A stretch of 64,000 nucleotides of DNA from Antedon mediterranea (GCF_964355755.1 NC_092672.1:5952001-6016000); one strand, 5' to 3'; positions 50,905 through 64,000 are shown, counted from the stretch's first letter. Numbers and translations: made by a program. The notes: generated by a model not told the origin, from the sequence alone.

Positions 50905-53300
50905 AATACATTCGTATATTTACTAGTTAGGCCATTACGTAAACATTGTATTTATGAGTTTGGAAGATGGATAACCAATCATCCTTGGTATGAAGTTCTT
51001 GATGCATCCTCTACATCTGATAAGGCTGATGCATTTTACACTACCGTTCAGGATGCAATTGACAATCACTTCCCTACTAAATTAATTAAACATCATTCTC
51101 AGGACAAACCATGGATCTCTACTGAGATAAAAGACTTAATTAGAAAACGACAGATTGCTTTTGCTGAGAAAAAGATGTTTCTCTGGCGTTTCTTGCGCAA
51201 CAAAGTTATACGAATCATAGATCAGGCAAAGAAATTCCATTACAGAGATCGCATTCAAAATCTTAAGTCAAGTGACCCGTCTGGCTGGCACAAAGGTATT
51301 CAACTAATAAAAAACAAATGCCAACAGCGAGCCATTATTACTGTCCCAGGAGTCCAACCGGATGATAACAAAGCAATAGCAGAAGCTATAAGTAATGAAT
51401 TTGCTTCTGTCACCCAAGGTAGACCCCCAATCAACTTAAAACAATTACCTACCTTTCTACCTGCAAATGCTCCACCTAAGATTGAAGTGTGGGAAATGTA
51501 CAATAACTCCCTGGGAGACTTCTTAAAGAGTTCGCGTGCCCGTTTGTGACTTATTTAACTCATCTCTAAAAGAGGGAATTGTTCCTAAAATGTGGAAGGA
51601 TGCCACAATTTCCCCTATCCCAAAGACTACCCCTGCCTCAATCTCTAAATTAAGACCAATATCTTTGACATCGATTCTTGCGAAGGTATGCGAGGGATTT
51701 GTTTCCAACTGGGTTATGGAAGATATAGGTAAAGAAATTGATCGTAACCAATATGGTGGCATAAAAGGATCATCCACTGCCCATTGTCTTATTGAAATAC
51801 TTGATTTGTTTTTTAAAGGTACAGACAAGGGTAAGAATGTTGGCACCCTTATTGTGACGGACTTCTCCAAGGCGTTTGACTGTATCGATCATACTTTAGC
51901 TATTCAGAGACTCTTTGAGCTTGGTGTCAGAAGCGAGTTACTGCCATGGATAACAAACTTCCTTACATCTCGTCGCCAACGAGTGCAATACCACTCTGCC
52001 TTGTCACGGTGGGAGACGCTTTCCTGTGGCGTCCCACAAGGCACCAAGCTAGGCCCCATAATCTTCATGGTAGTTATCAATAATGCCTCTGAGGAGTCTC
52101 TGGCTGAAAGCTTTAAGTATGTTGATGACCTCAGCCTTGTAGAAGTTCGTCCCGCAAATCAACCCAGCCAGATTGGAGTGGATGTTCAGGATCTGGATGC
52201 TTGGGCAACGGACAACCGTCTCGAGCTCAACCCCAGTAAGTGCAAGGCTATGCAGGTTTGTTTTATGAAGGAACCGCCTAACCCTCCTCACCTTCAAATC
52301 GCTGGGGTGGAGCTCGAGGTGGTGTCTGAGACCAGGCTTCTGGGCTTGACTATCCAGTCCAATCTTGGCTGGCAGTCCCACCTTAATGATATTATTAGTA
52401 AAAGTAGTCGACGACTATACATGCTATCACGTCTCAAACGGTTTGGTGTCCCGACTGAAGATTTGACCTCCGTGTATACGTGTTATGTTCGCCCAATAAG
52501 TGAGTACGCTGTCCCGGTTTGGCATAGCAGTATAACCAAGGAACAGACCTACCAATTGGAGCGAATCCAAAAGAGAGCATGCCGCATTATCGTGGGTGCG
52601 GATTACGTATCATACACGGAATCACTGAAGCAGTTGGGACTCCATACCATGACTGAGAGACGTTACCAAATTTGCATTGAATTTGCAAAGAAATGTGCTA
52701 ATGCGTATAGATATGCTGAGTGGTTTCCGAGAAATATGAGTACGCATAATATGGCCTTACGGAAAAGTAATACATACCAGGTCCCCAAAAATAAGACAAA
52801 TAGATATGGAAACAGTGCAATCCCGTTTCTCACTCGCTGCCTCAACAGTATTGATTAAATAATAAAAGAAAATAAATGTATAATGTAACCAGATATTAAT
52901 TAATTTGACATATTGGCCTAGTAGAAATTTCTTGAATTTGACTCAATTTATTCTTAATTCTCATTTAATTTTGTATTTGATGTTTTTGTAAATGTTTAAT
53001 TGTAATTATTTAATTGTCTGAAGTCGACTTTAATTAAGAAACCAATGTAAATACTGCAACTTAAATTTAAGATTATATTTTTATACTGTAATTAAGTTAT
53101 AATGTATATACTATATCCTTGCAATTTGACTATTTTTTTTAACTTTATGTTTACATTTAAATATATTTTGTAATTGCGATAATTTTGTTTTATAATGACT
53201 ATACTTTTCTTGTCTTTTGAATGTATATTGTTCCTTACCATGCATTTCAGCAGATTTGCTGCCAATTGGTTTGTTTTTAATAAAAAGTTAAAGTTAAAAA
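50905..53300 (+). mobile_element. 5'-truncated CR1-group LINE (reverse transcriptase) inserted in the Academ
   Basis: ORFs 50902-51549 and 51536-52858: LRPISLTS, NQYGG, DFSKAFD, GVPQGTKLGP, KYVDD, RYGNSAIPFL; deletion and frameshift near 51500-51540; tail aataaaaagttaaagttaaa. Confidence 0.92.
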
Positions 53301-54648
53301 TATTTCAAGTCATAACAATTCCAATAAAAAGGGAATTGGCCGTGTGGCTACTGTCTGGGGCTACTGTCTGGGGAAACCTACAAGATAAAGTTGCTGTCAT
53401 GAGTATTTTCGTCTATCCCAACGCCCATGAGGGCGCACTGGCGCAAGACGTAATAGTTCCAATGAAAAAGGAATTTACTGTGTGGCTCTTCGTGTGATTA
53501 AATCTTGTAGGCCCAGACCCAACGGGCATTTCTGGGGCTACTGTCTGGGGAAACTTACAGGATAAAGTTGCTGTCATCGGTATTTTCGTCTATCCCAAGA
53601 CGTAACAGTTCCAATAAAAAAGGAATTGACCGTGTGGCTCTTCGTGTGATTAAATTTTGTATAGCCCAACGGGCATTTCTGGGCTACTGTCTAGGGCTAC
53701 TGTTTGGGGCAACTTACAGGATAAAGTTTCTGTCAATGATATTTTTGTGCACCCCAATATGTAACAGTTGCAATGCAAAAGGAATTAGCCGTGTGGCTCT
53801 TGACATGAATAACACCATTTTTTAGTGGTCACTTGGGGCTACAGTCTCGGGCAACTTACAGGATAAAGTTGCTGTCATTGCTGTTTTAACATTGTATACA
53901 CATATGGGAACAATGTCCAACAACTTTTATCCGTGTGGCTTTTCACATGATTAAATCCATTTTTTACCCCTGCTATTTGGTTTCCCCAGGGTAAATTTAC
54001 AGGATAGGACCCGGCAGCAATATTGATTATTGAATCTTGGCCATATCTACATAATCAGCCCATCAGACCTTTTGTGGCTTTTCACATGAATAAATCTTCT
54101 GGGCGCCCGGTCTAATAATAAGTTTAGGCGAATCAGGAGATTTATCTTAAACTTCATGTACAGTTTCGGTAATGATCTTAGCTGCTTTATTCGCGTCTGT
54201 ATCTAGGGGAAATATATGCTAGAATAACATAAAGTTCATTAAACTCCCTAGGCAAGTAAAACGGTCGAAAAGCTACGTACATAAGTTCGATGTTCACATC
54301 ACATAAGGTCTTCTTACTACGCTATACGGCATGGGCCAACATATTATAATAAATTAGAACATTTTTAGTGAGCTGTTAGCTCACGTTCGGCGCACACTTG
54401 GGGAAAATGACATGCATAAAAAAAAAAAAAATTATTAAACATGATAGATATTTTCCTCACCGGCAAGCGTGGCTGATTCCTCACGAATTGTCCGGCGCAC
54501 ACTGTGAGCAAATGTTACTCGTGCCAGGTGACACAGCCGATAGCTATAGTTTGCACCGGGCTTAACCTAAATGAACCCCCCCCCCCCCCCCCCTATAACA
54601 TCATTTAAAAACTTACTAAGCAAATAAACAAATATTGAGCAAATTTAA

Positions 54649-55440
54649 TTAGGTGATCATTTAGAATAAAATGATCACCTATTGTTATTGTACTTAAATT
54701 AAAATATTATTAGTTATCCGCTTAGTAGCGGATAACTCCTTGTAATCGTCCTGTTACTTTTTTAGTTATCCGCATTCAGCGGATACTCCTTGTAATTGTA
54801 TGAAATCATCTTTTTTTTCTGTATTATTCTTTCTTTCTGTCAATTTTGTGTCTCGCGTATCTCAAAAACGTGTAAACATAACATTTTCTAACTTTGTCAA
54901 CATGTGGGCATTTACGTGAAATTGTGCACCTCCTATTGTGAATGACGTCAGAGTTGCGCAACATGATATACGCGCGTTTTTATGAATTTCGCGTATTTAA
55001 AATAGATCGAAAACCATATAACAATTTAAATTGAAACTTTGCAAAAGTTCTAATTTATATCTTGCGCTAACTTTTTGTGCACAAAAAATGGCATGTTTTA
55101 CACGAATTTACGCGCGTTTAAAATTTCGAGATGCGAAAAAACAATTTCTAATAATCTTTCTATGCGTTTCATGTCATTTTGAGCATATCAAAAAATTCCC
55201 ACATGCGCGCAAATGTTTACGCGCGCAGTGTGCACGTAGCGTAAAAACATACTTTTTCGTGTGATTTATGTTTTTCCAGCCTTTTCTAGTAATTTTACCA
55301 ACTTTTAAACAATTTCTACTTAAAATTACTTCATACAAGCACGTCGAATTGGACAATTCACGCGCGTTTTTGATGAAAAAGTTCAAAAATTCGTCAAAAT
55401 TATGCCTTTTTTTAAACAGTCGTAGTTTCTAAACTAAACG
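54649..55440 (+). mobile_element. Stacked HINE-like 5' ends and partial body
   Basis: ttaggtgatcatttagaataaaatgatcacctattgttattgta (30387 family end), then two copies of ttagttatccgc-N-gcggata(a)ctccttgtaat. Confidence 0.6.
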
Positions 55441-58400
55441 GTGAAAGTTATTTTTATTACATATACTCCATATACTCCAATTCATTGCGTTTCATCATCT
55501 GTATACAAGTTGAATTGATTTTTCCTAATTTGTTGTGTTTCGATGGTAACAAATTACATACACTGTTGTTGAATGTTATAACAATAGGGAAAAGCTACTT
55601 AAAAAATTAAAAAGCATGATAGCATGCAGTTATTGGCAAAATAATAATAATGTTTATGAGATAAATGGGTTGAATACAGTATAATTATTGTGTTTCAATG
55701 GTAACAAGACATACTGTTGTTGAACAATAGAAAACACTAGGGAAAATCAATAATCAAATGTAAAGCTTGATGGCAATTATTGGCAAAATAGTAAATAATA
55801 TACAATTTTATGAGTTGAATACAGTATTGTGTTATTGTGTTTCGATGTTAACAAGACGTACTGTTGTTGAATGTTATAACAATAGGAAACGCCAGGTAAA
55901 ATCAATAATCAACATTGCCCAAAAACATTATTTGATCAAACCAGGAAGGTATAATTTAGAAATTTGTCTGAAACAGCTATTGACAGAATTGATTCTACTT
56001 AGAGACTACAGCTGATGTTACACATTCAATGTTGGTTTTATGCATTACAATAAATAAGTTTGTAATGCATAAAAGGTATTATTATTATCATTATTCTATT
56101 TTATGTTTATGTAGCCTAGCTAGCTCAGAACCGCACACAGGTCTCACTGAGTTTTGTAATGTTAACCAGCAGTAACATACATGGTGTTTAAATGTACTTT
56201 ATTCTCTCCCCACACTTTATCTGACCCCCCTCCCTTTCATCTTTCAATTAAATATATTTCAATTTTCCTGTCATTCTTTGTTAATGTGTAATATTTCATT
56301 GATTATGTTTGATTGGTTAGTTGGATTGGATAATCAAGGTTCACTATAATTATATTACATATATAATTTACTAACAATTATACCCGCCCCAGGGCGGGTT
56401 TCCAAATTAGTTTTGATAAGCCTTCTCAGTACATAACACCCGATGCCAGTATCTCCCTATACTCACCAACCTCTATCCCTCTTCAATAACACTCCCCATT
56501 TTTTTTTTTTTAATTCTTCCCAGGACAAATTTGGCAACCTTAGCTTCAAAATGAGTATACATAGCTATGATAGGCCTATTATATGGTTTAAGTACGTTGT
56601 AAACTGTATAAATGAATAGGTGTCATATTGGCTGATAATTAAAATATCTAATTTTGATACTGCGGCCTGCCCGGCCTTCTTTCTCCTCTCACCATCCCAG
56701 CCACAATTAAATAACCTTAACTCATCCCCTGGACAGTTCAAATTTAGTAACTTTTCCTAGTACAATTCCAATCACATACTTCATTACGCCAGTATTTCCG
56801 CTCCTCCTCCCTCCCCAGATACTGGGTGATGTGTTTAAGACGGTTCCAGTACAAATTATGTTAGCCATCACTCCCAACCCATAATCCCTCAGTGGTAGTT
56901 TTCAAATGTTTTTATACCTCCATGTTAAAACATTCCCAGTACAGTTTTGGTCATGGTGATAGGCCTACATCCCCACCCCTTCCAAGAGATAATTAAAATA
57001 CTTTTTAAAGTAAAGTAGAGTATGTTAAAACATTTTCCAACCACAATTCTGGTCAGTTTGATAGCCTACTACCCCTAGCCTACGCAAAATCTCACTATCC
57101 TCTGAACCCCAACTCCCACACCCTATCTCCCAACCTCCTCTACCACCAAATCCTCTGACTTTTTGAAATGTAGTTTAAAACATTCCCGGTACAATTGCGA
57201 TCATTTTGATACCCTATATGTATAGTCCAGGAGCCCATGAAGATTTGTTTAGCATTGCGAGTACAAAAGGTCTGAGGCATAGAATATGTCAAGTAGGGTC
57301 CAGGGACCATCAAACGGCCGTTCTTAAGTTCCCGCTCCTGTACCAACTCTAGAGAGGGGCGCTCAAAATACCCCAAAATTTGATTTAATTAGCATAATCG
57401 AGTACATAAATGAAACCAATGTTAAAATGTTTATTTTTAGGGTCTAATTGAAGATCAGTAATTCTTAAGTGTCAACTCCTGTACCTAGTCCACTTAAGAA
57501 ATCCACTAATTACTGTAGCGCTAATTAGCATTTTAATTAGCATGGTCGAGTATATCGATGAAACCTTTGACAATACAATAAGTACATTTGCCTAAATCAC
57601 AAACAGCATTAAGACACACACAATTAAATATATATATTTTTTTTTTTACCAGAGAAATCTTATGTAGGAGAATTTTACAGTGAGCGGAGGTATGCACTCT
57701 CGGAGTGGCTTTCTAGTTCCTAGTCCACTGATCTTAAAGCTCTTTTTTTGCAAAATATAAATACGGTTTGAATTAAATTTGTTTTGTAGTTGAACATCCG
57801 TCAACTTTAGAAATTAGTCTGAATTGACAGAATTGATTCTACTAAGAGACTACAGCTGTGTGTTACACATTCAATGTTGGTTTTACACATTGCAATAAAT
57901 GTTTCAATATTTTGCACTCAAAAGTTATTTTTGTGGTAAGTTGAGTCAAATATATGAATTCCAACTCATGAAATAGTGAAAGGTGATCGTTGTTTTGGAG
58001 TTCAATGTCCGTCAACTTTAGAAATTAGTCTGAATCAGAATTGATTCTACTGAGAGACTATGTTACACATTTAATAATGGTTTTACATTGCAATAAATAA
58101 GTTTGTAATGCATAAAAGGTATTATAATTCTATTATGTTTATGCAGCCTAGCTAGTTAACCATCGTTACATTGAACTTCTAATAATACATATAGTTTCAA
58201 ATATCAATTTTAGAATTGACAAAATTTATTCTCCTGAGAGATTCTACAGGTGACACATTGCTATCATGTTGTAACCCATTTTACTCTATTGTGTATACAC
58301 AACCTGTTCAGCATCTTAATCATTACCATTTCTTTTATTCATTTATTTTTTGTGAAAATATTGATATCAAATGATGAGAACATATGCACAGGTGTCACTG

Positions 58401-59171
58401 AGTTTTCTTATGTTAACCAGCAGTGACATACATGGAGTTAATGTACTTTATTCTCTCCCCTTACCTTATCTGACCCCCTTCCTTTCACCTTTCATTTAAA
58501 TATATTTTGTTTTTTCTATCATTCTTTGTTAATGTGTAATATTTCTTCCATCTTCTGTTTGATTATGTTTGATTGGTTGGTGGATAATCAAGGTTCTTAA
58601 TTATATTACATGGCATTTTATAATAATAATAATAATAATAATAATGACAACCCTTGATACAACTCTTCCTAGTTTGACATAAAATGTGTGATGTGGCCAA
58701 ATATGGTAGTGATATGTCATCATCATTAACTTCAGAGAAATGCAAAAGAAAAAAAGCACAGGAAAGTTCCACTGTATTCCAAATGAAATGGGAAAAACCA
58801 AACTTTAGGCCAAACAATGTTATAATATGATTACATTAGTAATCAATAATGAAAACTAAAGATAATTTATCACTTACAAAATAATATTAATATTGAACAC
58901 TGGTAAAATAATCCATTGTAGATTTGAGTGTGAGAACATGACATAGTCACACATTTTAACAATTATGGGTTTTATTCAATCAGTAAAATACACACCTATG
59001 GTTGTCAATATCTTTATATAGTTTATTTACCACGTCTATACTATAGTTGGATGCTGATCAATGTGTTTGTTTTTTTTAATCTGTCAACGCTATCAGCAAA
59101 TGTTCTACACTAGTTTGTCAACATCACTTTACACTTTCAACTTCTGGAATTTACACCCTCTCATCAGCTTA

Positions 59172-59328
59172 AGCTCAGTCTACACTATCAAACTTTCACA
59201 AAAAAATGTGATGTGCCCAAATATGATAGTGATATGCCCAAATATGGTTTTGATATGATGTCATCATGTCCATATATGGGCACATCACATTTTGTTGTCA
59301 CATAAAGTTTGATAGTGTAGACAGAGAT
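59172..59328 (+). mobile_element. PIF/Harbinger-like MITE (array-associated copy)
   Basis: Both TIRs present with TTA flanks. Confidence 0.85.
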
Positions 59329-59400
59329 TTTAGGATTAACCTGAGTAAAACAGAATATAAGAATCTATAGGAATATATTTACAAATATAATATAATAAAA

Positions 59401-60995
59401 CTAGAATTTAATTCGTCACTTTGACGAATTATAGGTGATCATTTTTATCATTTTAATAAAATTAACATTTTTTAAACATGCATGTACGTTAATATACGAT
59501 CGTTAAAAGTTGATGTACGCCATCCTATGACATGATGCATATACACTTATAGTGCTGAGTTCTACCTATTATGTGTCATACAATATGTACAGTATATACT
59601 GTATATCTATATACAGTGTAGCATAGGTGAAATTACGGGACTCATATCGTGTTCTAATTTTTTGGTATGATGGAATTTTCAAAATAAACTCGAAGATGAC
59701 AATTTAGAAAGATAATGAATTGAGCAAATAAATATAAGGATTGGAAGAAAATTTGACACGTAGAAGCGCAATGCGCGGTCTTTGAAATTTGTATAACTTT
59801 GACTAAAGAAATTTAAAAACTACTTTTTAACTTCAACTGGCCATATGATAACATCACAACATCCGATAGGCTTAATTTTAATATGAATTCATATCTACAT
59901 TTCATCAGCTTTCATAATAAGTTATAATCTTCAAGGTCACCTTTAATTCTGAAGAGCTATAAGATATTCAAATGTATGGTGTAGCTGAAATTACACGACC
60001 TAGGTTATTCAAGTTTTTACGCGTGATGACGTCATCAAAATAAAAATGTTGACAACTCATTAGAAGAATAATTAATTGAGCAAGCACATACTAAAAGTTG
60101 TGCGAAAATCGGGCTCAAATAACGGAGATGCGCTCTATTGAATGTGATAACCCACACAAAAAGATAAAAATTCCTAATTTTTAAATTCAAGTGGCCATTT
60201 GATGACGTCATACCATTTTGTACGTCTAATGTGTATATATATTTGTATCTACAACTGATTGGCTTCCATAATAAGTTAAAAAAATTGGGGGTCATCTGCC
60301 ATTCTGAAGAGTTATATTCATTTTAAAAAGTCCTTATTTTTTACCATTTTTAGCACTTTTGTACAATTAGTGTGCGCATTTTGTCATTTTTAACGTGCTC
60401 GTATAGCGTTATTTTAAGTCGGAATGGACTCAAAATTGGTGAATGTACTAAGGATTGTGAGTAGAATGTGATTTATACACCAAATTTTATTTTTTACGCA
60501 TTTTAAGAATCGTGCGCACAAAAACGCATTTTTGCGCAGTAATTTTTTGAAACGCGCAAATGGCCTAATTCATGCTCTAAATTGATCAAAACCTAATTTT
60601 GCGCGTTTTAAATTTTTAACGCGCAATTTCACGTGCATGACCTTGAAACGCGCAACTTTTTATTTGCTAATATTTTTACCCTTGACCTGAAGTTTACCTG
60701 TAGCGAATTTCATTAATATGTCATAATGAATTATGGAGATATGATTAATAATGTGATTTCACAAAATGGCGTATAAATGACGTCACGGATGAGTGATCAC
60801 GCTGGAAAGCTAATTAGGATTAAGTTATATTATTTGAAAGATATTCTGAAATTTTGGTAATCATTGACATTAAACTTTTTGAGATAATTGTTACACAAAA
60901 TAGTGTACAGAAACAATAAAAAGAAAAAAAAAAATAATAATAAAGATTTCATACAATAACAATAGGTGATCATTTTATTCTAAATGATCACCTAA
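59401..60995 (-). mobile_element. Helentron-type non-autonomous element, longer copy of 30387-31826
   Basis: Identical termini; the paralogous empty site is visible at about 63520-63580. Confidence 0.82.
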
Positions 60996-61601
60996 ATATA
61001 GTCAAAGCCAATCTAATACTGTTTAACTATTTAAATTGTCATCAAACAGATTGTTAACAAAGAAATAAAGTCTACTATAATAATAAGTATAATGATTATA
61101 TTATGTACCATACCATAGATATAACCTAGACATCTGATTGGTTAGAACTACACGCATAATTTAACTTGACTGAACTACTGTAATCTGAGCAATTTCAGGT
61201 TTCACTGCCCTCAACTTCTCTCATCATAAATTACACTATTTTTTATGCATTCTGTATGCTTGTGTCTTCCATGATTTCGTTTTTTCTCTGATGGTCTGTA
61301 TTTTTTCTTTAATCCTGTTTTTACTTCAGAGAGGGATTCACCCTGAAGTGGGTTGAATATGGCTAGCAATGATGATGGTTTACTTTACTTAATCATAGTT
61401 TGTCTATGTCTATTATATTCTTAATTATTTTGTGCTTACTAATGATAATTAGGTAGGTAAATCTAGTGACATGACAAATAAAATATCTGCTTGTCTTTTT
61501 TTTCTTTTTATACTACAGATTATGCTGATGAAATAAAATAGTTGTCAACATCACTTTACACATCCTAATTCAAATTCTGGAATTTACACCCTCTCTGCTT
61601 A

Positions 61602-63483
61602 AGCTCTGTCTACACTATCAAACTAGTTTGACAAAAAAAGTGTTATGTGCCCAAATATGGTAGTAATATGCCCAAATTTGCTAGTGATATGATGTCATGT
61701 TTATTTATAGGCACATCACACTTTTTTGTCATATAAAGTTTGATAGTGTAGCAGGCCCGTATGCAGCATTTATAATGGGGGGGGGGGGTGCGAGCGAAGC
61801 GAGCAACAATGGCTGGGGGCCAGGGGGCCGCCAAGGGCACCCGGTCAGGGTCCAGGGGCCGAAGGCCCTGGAAAAATTTGCGTTATTTGACGTTCTAAAG
61901 ACTGATGTAAGACTCTCTGTTGTGGCTTGGGCTAGTTGAACGATGGACACCAGAACTTAACGCTTTCATGATGAGGCCAACTCAGCAGGGGTGGCGCCAG
62001 GATCTTCCCGACGCGGGGGCTACATTCTCCGACGAGGGGGCTATGCGAGCGAAGCGAGCATCACTACGCTGAGGGCCAGGGGCCGCCAAGGGCCCCCGGC
62101 AACGCGTTCTAGCGTCATTTGAGGTCTTTTTAATCAGATTTAGGGTAGCCATTTTTTCCATTTTTTATAATGCATAAATAAAATACTGCGTGCAAAAAAA
62201 CGATGCGCGATGACTGTTTCAATCCATATTTTTCAATTTAAAAAATAAAAGTTCAAAGAAAATTTTGAAAAATAGAGTTGGAGGTCCCGGAAATTGGACT
62301 TATTATACTTCAAAACATGAAAAAAAATATATAAGTCCCTATCATGGGTTGTGACTGAGCTAAGAAATGTTTGAAAAATAGAGATGTTAGGTCCCGGAAA
62401 ATGTACTTCTTGTTCTTCGAAATATGACCAGCTTTATTGTTGGGGCTGAGCTAAGAAAATGTTTAAAACTAGAGCTGCAGGTCTTCAAAAAATTGCATTT
62501 TATACTTTGGAAACATCAGGCCTAGAGGCTTAAAAAACGCAAGCGTAGACCTTTTTCAGTCGGGGAAAAAAGTTTATTCCTCCCAGGTGTATGCATGCGT
62601 ACCATCTGGACTTCCGAGTGGTGAGAAATTCATGACATACAGGATATTGAAAATGTAATAACTATAGCTATAATGTTGGCTAAGCGAAAATGGCATGTTT
62701 TTTTGTTTAGTAATGGATGAAAAATTTATTTTAGGTGCCCCACGGTACAGAAGGTTACTTGTAAATTAAAAAATTGGTGAACAAACGAACAATTAACATA
62801 ATTCGTTTTTGCTGTAGTGTAGCGTACGTCGACGCAGTACACGACGTAACCGTCGGTAAACTTCGCCTGGAAAATAACACATTACACATTTTGGTCCCTG
62901 GATGAAACTTGATATCACGCGTCTCGACCCAACGTTGAACGATTCGTACAAAGGGATACCGCCAGACAAGTGCGTACCTAGCTATTGTTTAGTAGTAAGT
63001 TAGATCGCTGGCAATAATGAATGCATATAAAGTGCATAATATCACTCTGACGTACTCTCACGGTCAATGAAACGTCGCGGTTTTCTAGGCGCTGAAGCTA
63101 GCTACGAAGTGAACGCGAACGCTTTTTACTGTATATTATATTCCCCGACAAAAAGTACACGTGTTCCCTGACGTTAAGTTGTCTGTATTTCTCCAGCAAA
63201 CACTTTACCGCGTACATGAAGCGCTAAGCTATTACTTGTCGTCACATGATCGACTGCGCATGTTTTACATCGAGTTTGTAGTCAGTTCAGATTCCGTAAT
63301 TTAATTACTGGTATTTTTTCATTTTATATTAGCATATTTTTGTTTGTATACCATTGATAATGTAAATTTTGTATATATATAATGATATTGTCTTTAGTTA
63401 AACAAGACAAGAAAAAATACCAACCGAGGAAAAAGTGGACCTTTTGGGACCCCCCCTGGATACGGGCCTGTGTAGGCAGAGCT
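61602..63483 (+). mobile_element. PIF/Harbinger-like MITE split by a 1.7-kb insertion in its right TIR
   Basis: 61602-61751 plus 63471-63483 reconstitute the MITE. Confidence 0.85.
61752..63470. mobile_element. Non-autonomous TIR transposon with 5-bp TSD (hAT5-like, tentative)
   Basis: TGTAG|CAGGCCCGTATGCAG ... CTGGATACGGGCCTG|TGTAG. Confidence 0.85.
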
Positions 63484-64000
63484 TTAGGATTAAGCTGAGT
63501 AAAACAAAATATAAGAATTTATAGGAATATTTACAAATATATATAAATGTAATATAATAAAAATATAATCAAAGCCAATCTAATAACTGTTTAACTATTT
63601 AAATATTCATTGAACATAGTGTTAACAAAGAAATAAAGTCTACTATAATAATAAGTATAATGATTATATTATATACCATACGATAGATATAACCTAGACA
63701 GCTGATTGGTTAAAACTACACACATAATTTAACTGGTTTCCACTTCACTGAACTATTTCAGGTTTTACTGCCCTCAACTTCTCTCATAACTTACACTATT
63801 TGTTATGCATTCTGTATGCTTGTGTCTTCCATGATTCCTTTTTTCTCCGATGGTTAGTTTTTCTTTTTTTTGACATTTTTATTTATTCCTGTGTTTACTT
63901 TAAAGAGGCCTTTACCCTGAAGTGGGTTGAATATGGCTAGCAATGATGAATTTAGTTTGCTACAAAATGTGTTTTCCTATCTATATTTTGTTTCTGATGT

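Larger units (their letters stand above)
46717..54114 (+). mobile_element. Academ DNA transposon (AcademX-like), decayed
   Basis: ATA|TAGACCGGGCGCCC ... GGGCGCCCGGTCTA|ATA: TAG/CTA ends, 3-bp TSD and TIRs of about 0.8-0.9 kb; removing the element restores the LINE reading KLIMGDFN. Confidence 0.9.
41955..54335 (-). mobile_element. Decayed Rex1/Babar-clade LINE in three pieces (41955-43236, 46671-46716, 54115-54335)
   Basis: Endonuclease FRPFYLPREF..KLIMGDFN..PTRGDNIVDQCY..GNSDH; RT LDPLQFAFQ..VDDAV..YVRATFVDFSSAFNT; C-terminus SHPLY..LRSGRRLR..NSF; (tgaacta)n tail; internal deletions and stops. Confidence 0.88.
41812..54562. mobile_element. Outermost MITE of the nested stack (arms about 41812-41950 and 54350-54562)
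   Basis: ttaagccctgcgcacactgtagctatcggctg...tttgctcac is mirrored by gtgagcaaa...cagccgatagctatagtttgcaccgggcttaa. Confidence 0.8.

Overview
AT-rich, intron-containing animal genomic DNA, probably a marine invertebrate (inferred from the GRK2-like exons and the Academ, Rex1/Babar, Deu/Nin-SINE and Helentron-type repeats). The window is a mosaic tandem duplication: the same non-coding blocks recur 4-8 times. Host coding content is (i) two paralogous single-exon minus-strand ORFs (13584-14762 and 38691-40112) with endonuclease/exonuclease/phosphatase (EEP, DNase I-like) motifs and (ii) four intact plus-strand GT-AG exons (20291-29121) encoding part of the GRK2/3 RGS-homology domain, for which I found no upstream or kinase-domain exons. 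In the EEP ORFs the normally C-terminal (D)HxPV strand comes first, which looks like a circular permutation. One unit retains the catalytic residues and two units share the same three active-site substitutions. Positions 41812-54562 are a nested transposon stack: MITE > Rex1/Babar LINE > a TIR element carrying a satellite plus an Academ transposon > a CR1-like LINE. The rest is MITEs, SINEs, Helitron/Helentron-like elements and mini/microsatellites. All family assignments come from motif recall, not database searches.
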